This document shows, in pieces, positions 38,125-42,884 of a DNA stretch of 42,884 nt (its first letter is position 1; each line of letters begins with the position of its first letter). This DNA comes from an uncultured Pelagibacteraceae bacterium (lineage in GTDB: Bacteria; Pseudomonadota; Alphaproteobacteria; Pelagibacterales; Pelagibacteraceae). The stretch is from positions 1 to 42,884 of the forward strand of contig CACGET010000001.1 in NCBI GenBank assembly GCA_902572155.1, given 5' to 3'. The notes beneath the pieces are model-generated. The model saw only the letters and a program-made list of their open reading frames with translations. It was not told the origin of the DNA and made no database searches. Both the position numbers and the translations under genes were made by a program.

Positions 38125-39211
38125 GTTTTCAATTAAAGATAAAATCTATATGGAACTTGCTTTAGATCTAGCAAGAGCCAGAGAGGGACAAACAGGCACT
38201 AATCCATCTGTTGGATGTGTAATTGTAAAAAATGATGAAATTATTTCGATTGGTCAAACTTCATTTAGTGGAAGACCACATGCAGAAACAAATGCAATCC
38301 AAAGTACCACTGAAGATCTTAATGGATCAAAAATGTATGTTACTCTAGAACCTTGCTCTCATCAAGGAGTAACACCACCATGTACGAGTTCAATTATTAG
38401 ATCAAAAATTAGTGAAGTAATTTATTCAGTCATTGATGTGGATAAAAGAGTTAAGGGTAAAACATTTAATATATTAAAGTCAAAAAATATTAAAGTTAAA
38501 AAAGGATTATTAAAAGAAAAAGTAATAAATTTTTATGCTCCATATTTTTTCAATAGAAAAAAAAAGTTACCCTATGTTATTGGAAAAATTGCAATATCAA
38601 AAAATCATTTGATTTATAGTAAGTATCAAAAGAAAATTACAAGTTTAAAATCTGATAAATTTACTCATTTTTTAAGATATAAAAATGACTCAATATTGAT
38701 ATCATATAAAACACTAAATAAAGATAATCCAAAACTAAACTGTAGATTAAAAAATATGAAAAAATTTTCTCCAAAAAGAATTGTTTTAGATAACAAATTA
38801 CAAACTAATACTAATAGCTATATATTCAAAACTGCCAATAAAGATAATACAATAATATTTTATAATGAAGCTGAAAAAGCTAAAATTTTAGAGTTTAAGA
38901 AAAAAAAAATTGAAATTATTAAGTCTAAAATTAACAAAAAAAAAAGATTTGATATAAAAGATATTTTAAAAAGACTTTATAAACTTGGATGTAGGAATAT
39001 TTTAGTCGAAGGTGGCAATGAACTTACAAATAATTTTCTTAATAAAAAGTTTTTTAATTTATTTTATTTATTTATAAGTCCTAAAAAATTATCAAAATCA
39101 ATAGAATTCAAAGAATTTAATGGATTAAATATTTTGAAGTATAATTATAAAAATACGCTAAGAGTCAAATCAAATTTAGGAAAAGATAAAATAATATTAT
39201 ATAAAAAATAA
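38105..39211 (+). CDS. ribD: Riboflavin biosynthesis deaminase/reductase RibD
   Basis: [20 protein letters not shown]...TPPC (deaminase); [14 protein letters not shown] (reductase, divergent). Confidence 0.93.
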   Translation: MSTKKDKFSIKDKIYMELALDLARAREGQTGTNPSVGCVIVKNDEIISIGQTSFSGRPHAETNAIQSTTEDLNGSKMYVTLEPCSHQGVTPPCTSSIIRSKISEVIYSVIDVDKRVKGKTFNILKSKNIKVKKGLLKEKVINFYAPYFFNRKKKLPYVIGKIAISKNHLIYSKYQKKITSLKSDKFTHFLRYKNDSILISYKTLNKDNPKLNCRLKNMKKFSPKRIVLDNKLQTNTNSYIFKTANKDNTIIFYNEAEKAKILEFKKKKIEIIKSKINKKKRFDIKDILKRLYKLGCRNILVEGGNELTNNFLNKKFFNLFYLFISPKKLSKSIEFKEFNGLNILKYNYKNTLRVKSNLGKDKIILYKK

Positions 39212-39212
39212 C

Positions 39213-39806
39213 ATGTTTAATGGAATAATTTATAACCAAGGAATTGTCTCTAAAATTTTAAAAAGAACTAAGGGACTAAACATTTTTATTAAAAGTAACT
39301 TTAAGTTAAATAATAGAGATATTGGTCTTTCTATTGCTTGTGACGGTGTTTGTCTCACTTTAATTTCATATAAAACTAAAATAATGGAGTTTTATCTGTC
39401 TAAAGAAACCATTGTTAGATCAAAATTTAAATATTTAAAACTCAAGGATGTTATAAATTTAGAATTACCTTTAAAATATGGAACTAAAATTTCAGGACAT
39501 ATTTGTCAAGGTCATGTAGATACAGTTGGTAAAGTTTCTTATATTAAAAAGATAGATAAATCATATCTCTTTGATTTTGTAATACCTAAAAAAGAAAGAA
39601 AACATTTAATAGAAAAAGCTTCAATATGTGTAAATGGTATATCTCTTACAATATCAAAAGTTTCAAAAAAAGGTTTTCAAATTTGGGTAATCCCACACAC
39701 CTACAAACAAACAAATTTATCTAAACTTAAAAAAAAAAGTTTAGTAAATATAGAGATAGATATCTTATCTAAATACGTTAGAAATTATTTTAATGAAAAA
39801 AAATAA
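39213..39806 (+). CDS. ribE: Riboflavin synthase (alpha chain)
   Basis: MFNGII, SIACDGVCLT, GHICQGHVD, SICVNGISLT, IPHT, VNIEID. Confidence 0.95.
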   Translation: MFNGIIYNQGIVSKILKRTKGLNIFIKSNFKLNNRDIGLSIACDGVCLTLISYKTKIMEFYLSKETIVRSKFKYLKLKDVINLELPLKYGTKISGHICQGHVDTVGKVSYIKKIDKSYLFDFVIPKKERKHLIEKASICVNGISLTISKVSKKGFQIWVIPHTYKQTNLSKLKKKSLVNIEIDILSKYVRNYFNEKK

Positions 39807-40163
39807 TTATACACCAATAGAAAATATCATAAATATTGCCAAAAATGGAGGTATGTTCATTTTAGTTGATGATGAAAAAAGAGAGAATGAAGGAGATCTA
39901 ATTATTTTAAGAAATTTAATAACTGTGTTTTAGTATTTATTAAAGATACAAATTTAAAATCAGTTACACAGACTCTCAAAGATTACAAGAATAAAGACTT
40001 TTATAAGAGAGGAAATGATAAACTAATTAGAAATTATGGTATTGGGGCACAAATAATTAAAGATTTGAAAATCAAAAATATGATATTAATTACAAAATCG
40101 CCAAAAAAAGTTATTGGTTTAGATGGATATGGTATAAAGATTACAAAACAAGAATTAATTTAA
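39793..40163 (+). pseudogene. ribB: Internally deleted, frameshifted ribB/ribBA(X) (DHBP synthase fused to a GTP cyclohydrolase II-like domain)
   Basis: ATG 39793 gives MKKNNYTPIENIINIAKNGGMFILVDDEKRENEGDLII (RibB N-terminal motif) and stops at 39933. A -1 frame from 39900 gives NYFKKFNNCVLVFIKD...IRNYGIGAQIIKDLKIKNMILIT...GLDGYGIKI (RibA-like C-terminus) ending TAA 40163, coupled to ribH. Confidence 0.9.
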
Positions 40164-40552
40164 TGAAGAAGAAATACTTAATTGTTATTGCAAATTATTA
40201 TAAAGATATTTCAAAAGGTCTTCTTGATAATGCGTTAAAATTATTAAAAAATTCTCATTCAATTAAAATTATTGAAGTGCCAGGTGTTTTTGAAATACCT
40301 GTCACTATTGCAAAAAATATAAAAAAATATGATGCTTTTTTAGCGCTTGGATGTGTTATTAAAGGAGAAACTCCTCATTTTGACTTCATATCTCAAGCTT
40401 CAACTAACGCAATTATGGATTTATCAATAAATTATAAAAAACCAGTTGGAAATGGAATCATTACTTGCCTCAATATGAGGCAAGCATTAGCTAGAAAAAA
40501 AAAAGGAGCTGAAGCTGCAAAAGCGGTAATTTCTGTCATATCTCAAAAATGA
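40163..40552 (+). CDS. ribH: 6,7-dimethyl-8-ribityllumazine synthase
   Basis: VPGVFEIP, ALGCVIKGETPHFDFI, PVGNGIIT, QA..R, KGAEAA. Confidence 0.95.
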   Translation: MKKKYLIVIANYYKDISKGLLDNALKLLKNSHSIKIIEVPGVFEIPVTIAKNIKKYDAFLALGCVIKGETPHFDFISQASTNAIMDLSINYKKPVGNGIITCLNMRQALARKKKGAEAAKAVISVISQK

Positions 40553-40959
40553 GAACTCATTTTAATCCAAAGAATAATCCTAGAGTAATTATTATTCAAA
40601 AGTTATATGGTAAATTTTATAATGAAGATAATGAATTAGAATTTCCCAAACATAGATTTAAAAAATTTATAAAAGATATAGTTATAGGAACAATTGAAAG
40701 AAATGAATTAATTATAACAGAATTACACACTAAATTAGGTAATGATTTTGTTTTTGACAATCTTGATAAAGTTTTTCAAATAATTCTCAAAGCTGCAACA
40801 TATGAATTTCTGTATAAACCAAATGTATCTCTTAATATAATTATTAAAGAATATCTAAATTCTTCAAACTTTTTTTTAGAAGATAGTCAAACTAAATATT
40901 TAAATGCTTTATTAGATAATGTTGGTAAAAAATTAAGATCTAACAATGCAAGAATTTGA
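40549..40959 (+). CDS. nusB: Transcription antitermination factor NusB
   Basis: LDKV..IILK.ATYE, IIIKEY, YLNALLD; canonical ribH-nusB-thiL order. Confidence 0.88.
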   Translation: MRTHFNPKNNPRVIIIQKLYGKFYNEDNELEFPKHRFKKFIKDIVIGTIERNELIITELHTKLGNDFVFDNLDKVFQIILKAATYEFLYKPNVSLNIIIKEYLNSSNFFLEDSQTKYLNALLDNVGKKLRSNNARI

Positions 40960-41899
40960 TCTAATAAAAAAATATTTTTCAAAAATATCTTACAAACATG
41001 CACTTAGCTTAAATGATGATGTTTTTTTTGATAAGAAGAAAGGTTTAGTAATTTCGATTGATACTTATAATCTTGGGTATCATTTTTTAAATTTTAAAAA
41101 ACCTGGGCTTGTGATAAAAAAGATTATTAGATCTTCTATCTCAGATTTAATATGTAAAGGTGTTGAACCAAAGTTTTATTTTATCTCTGGATCAGGTAAT
41201 AAAAATTCTTTTTCAAGTAAAAACTTATTTAAAATATCAGAATCTTTAAAACAAGAACAAAGAAAATATGGTATTTCATTATGTGGTGGTGATACTACAT
41301 TTTCAAATGCATTAAGTTTTTCAGTAACTTCTGTTGGTTATTCAAAGAAAATTATTTATAGAAATAATGTAAAGCCTAATGATAATATCTATGTGACTGG
41401 TAATTTGGGCGATAGCTTTATTGGACTTCAAATTTTAAAAAAAAAAATCACTTTTAATAAAAAGATTAATAATTATTTTATTAAAAAATATTATCAGCCT
41501 GATATTCAGATTTCTTTAACAAAAAAATTATTAAGTTTTGCTAATTCTTCAATTGATATATCGGATGGTCTTATTGCAGACCTAGATAAATTAATAAATA
41601 ATCAATGTTATTCATATCGAATTGATATTGAAAAAGTTCCAACATCAAATTATTTATCAACGATAATTCAAAATTATAAGTTAAAAAAATCTAAAATAAT
41701 TTCAAATGGAGATGATTATCAGATCTTATTTACAGCAAGTCCTAATAAATCAAGAATCATCGAGAAAACTTCTTCAATTTGTGGTGTAAAGATTACTAAA
41801 ATTGGTAAAATTATCTCAGGTAATAAAAAAGCCTCAGTAATTGATCAAAAAGGTAAGAAAATACTGTTTAAAAATAAAGGATATTTTCATCAATTTTAA
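40946..41899 (+). CDS. thiL: Thiamine-monophosphate kinase
   Basis: EFDLI..YF, DDV, SISDL..KG, GGDT, VTGNLGDS, IDISDGL..DL, GDDYQILFT, G.FH.F. Confidence 0.93.
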   Translation: MQEFDLIKKYFSKISYKHALSLNDDVFFDKKKGLVISIDTYNLGYHFLNFKKPGLVIKKIIRSSISDLICKGVEPKFYFISGSGNKNSFSSKNLFKISESLKQEQRKYGISLCGGDTTFSNALSFSVTSVGYSKKIIYRNNVKPNDNIYVTGNLGDSFIGLQILKKKITFNKKINNYFIKKYYQPDIQISLTKKLLSFANSSIDISDGLIADLDKLINNQCYSYRIDIEKVPTSNYLSTIIQNYKLKKSKIISNGDDYQILFTASPNKSRIIEKTSSICGVKITKIGKIISGNKKASVIDQKGKKILFKNKGYFHQF

Positions 41900-41978
41900 A
41901 AGTTAATTATTGTCTTTTTTAGCTTTTTTTGTATTGTCCGGGCTTAAAAATTTAACAACCAATAACCTTAAGGTTTAT

Positions 41979-42884
41979 ATGAGCAGTACAATAGAAACAA
42001 TATTATTATACACAATTGCAGCAGGTTTTTTATCTATAGTTTATGGATTTTTTACAGGAAAAAATATTTTAAATCAAAGTGCAGGTAATTCCAAAATGCA
42101 AGAAATTGCATCTGCTATTCAAATTGGTGCAAAAGCTTATTTAGCTAGACAGTACAAAACGATTGCAATTGTTGGTGTCGTAGTGTTAGTAATAGTTAGC
42201 GTTGCTTTCAGTCCTTTAGTAGGTTTAGGTTATTTCATAGGCGCAGCATTATCTGGAATAGCGGGTTATGTTGGTATGTTAGTTTCTGTTGAAGCCAATG
42301 TAAGAACAGCTGAAGCTTCTAGAAAAGGTTTATCTCAAGGATTATCTGTTGCGTTTAAATCTGGTGCAGTAACTGGAATGTTAGTTGCAGGCTTGGCGTT
42401 ATTATCCATTGCTGTTTATTATTATGTCTTATTAAAAATTGATGTTGATGAAAGAGAAATTGTAAATGCACTAGTTGCCTTAGGTTTTGGAGCATCTTTA
42501 ATTTCTATTTTTGCAAGATTAGGAGGAGGGATATTTACTAAAGGTGCCGACGTAGGTGCTGATTTAGTTGGTAAAGTTGAGGCAGGTATACCTGAAGATG
42601 ATCCCAGAAATCCTGCAGTAATTGCAGATAATGTAGGCGATAACGTTGGAGATTGTGCAGGAATGGCTGCTGATTTATTTGAAACTTATGCAGTAACAAT
42701 TGTTGCAACAATGGTTTTATCATCAATATTTTTTTATGGCGATCTAAATATGATGATATACCCATTAACAATTGGTGGAGCTTGTATCTTAACATCTATA
42801 GTTGGAACTTTTTTTGTAAAACTTGGAAACGATAAAAACGTAATGAATGCTTTGTATAAAGGCTTCATAGTTTCTGCATTAACT
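41979..42884 (+). CDS. hppA: Membrane-bound ion-translocating pyrophosphatase, 5' part (runs off the window edge)
   Basis: Manual translation from ATG 41979 (not in ORF track): [10 protein letters not shown]...[20 protein letters not shown]...[56 protein letters not shown], the M-PPase signature. Confidence 0.97.
   Translation, partial: MSSTIETILLYTIAAGFLSIVYGFFTGKNILNQSAGNSKMQEIASAIQIGAKAYLARQYKTIAIVGVVVLVIVSVAFSPLVGLGYFIGAALSGIAGYVGMLVSVEANVRTAEASRKGLSQGLSVAFKSGAVTGMLVAGLALLSIAVYYYVLLKIDVDEREIVNALVALGFGASLISIFARLGGGIFTKGADVGADLVGKVEAGIPEDDPRNPAVIADNVGDNVGDCAGMAADLFETYAVTIVATMVLSSIFFYGDLNMMIYPLTIGGACILTSIVGTFFVKLGNDKNVMNALYKGFIVSALT

Noticed and set aside
39895-39935. Programmed -1 frameshift producing a mini RibB-RibA fusion
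   Set aside because: No X-XXY-YYZ slippery heptamer in frame and no downstream structure. The ~125-aa product would lack most of both folds.
1764-42795. About 22 short ORFs in the track antisense to or inside long genes (e.g. 1764-1988, 5503-5730, 9226-9504, 10668-10940, 20474-20680, 27286-27516, 36070-36333, 42538-42795)
   Set aside because: All are shadows of well-supported genes on the other strand and have no recognisable motifs.
1-42884. CRISPR arrays, IS elements, prophage or defence genes
   Set aside because: No spaced direct repeats, transposase, integrase or phage genes seen; nearly every base is assigned to core genes.

Overview
A very AT-rich, extremely compact core-genome segment of a streamlined marine alphaproteobacterium. 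Gene content, gene order and near-zero intergenic spacers point to SAR11/Pelagibacterales (inference from sequence character, no database search run). It holds about 41 protein genes and one tRNA-Ser(GCT). Housekeeping blocks: partial panC, galU-ugd, topA-plsY-pyrC'-pyrB-yqgF, gatCAB, slt/dapA-smpB-folK-rsh-pyrE-pdxJ-acpS-lepB-rnc-recO, hemB, rpiB-glyA-nrdR-ribD-ribE-ribH-nusB-thiL and partial hppA. A central metabolic block has an O-methyltransferase, trhO, MATE, nuclease, Fe-ADH and GATase converging on soxBDAG plus an SBP/permease pair with no ATPase. No mobile element, prophage or CRISPR array is visible. Main observations: (1) ribB(A/X) is broken by an internal, frameshifting deletion at an AATTATTT microhomology and is missed by the ORF track; (2) a TrmR-family O-methyltransferase is translationally coupled to trhO behind gatCAB, suggesting a two-step mo5U34 tRNA-modification module; (3) an orphan cyclohexadienyl-dehydratase-like SBP and a lipobox-bearing permease follow sarcosine oxidase and face an Fe-ADH/GATase pair, a possible amine-to-glycine salvage system; (4) the Rsh lacks its AH/ZFD region, and rpoZ and era are missing from their usual positions; (5) PyrC has lost metal ligands, NrdR has a CxC/CxC ribbon, and several promoters appear to make leaderless mRNAs. 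Functional hypotheses are inferences and need the checks listed.
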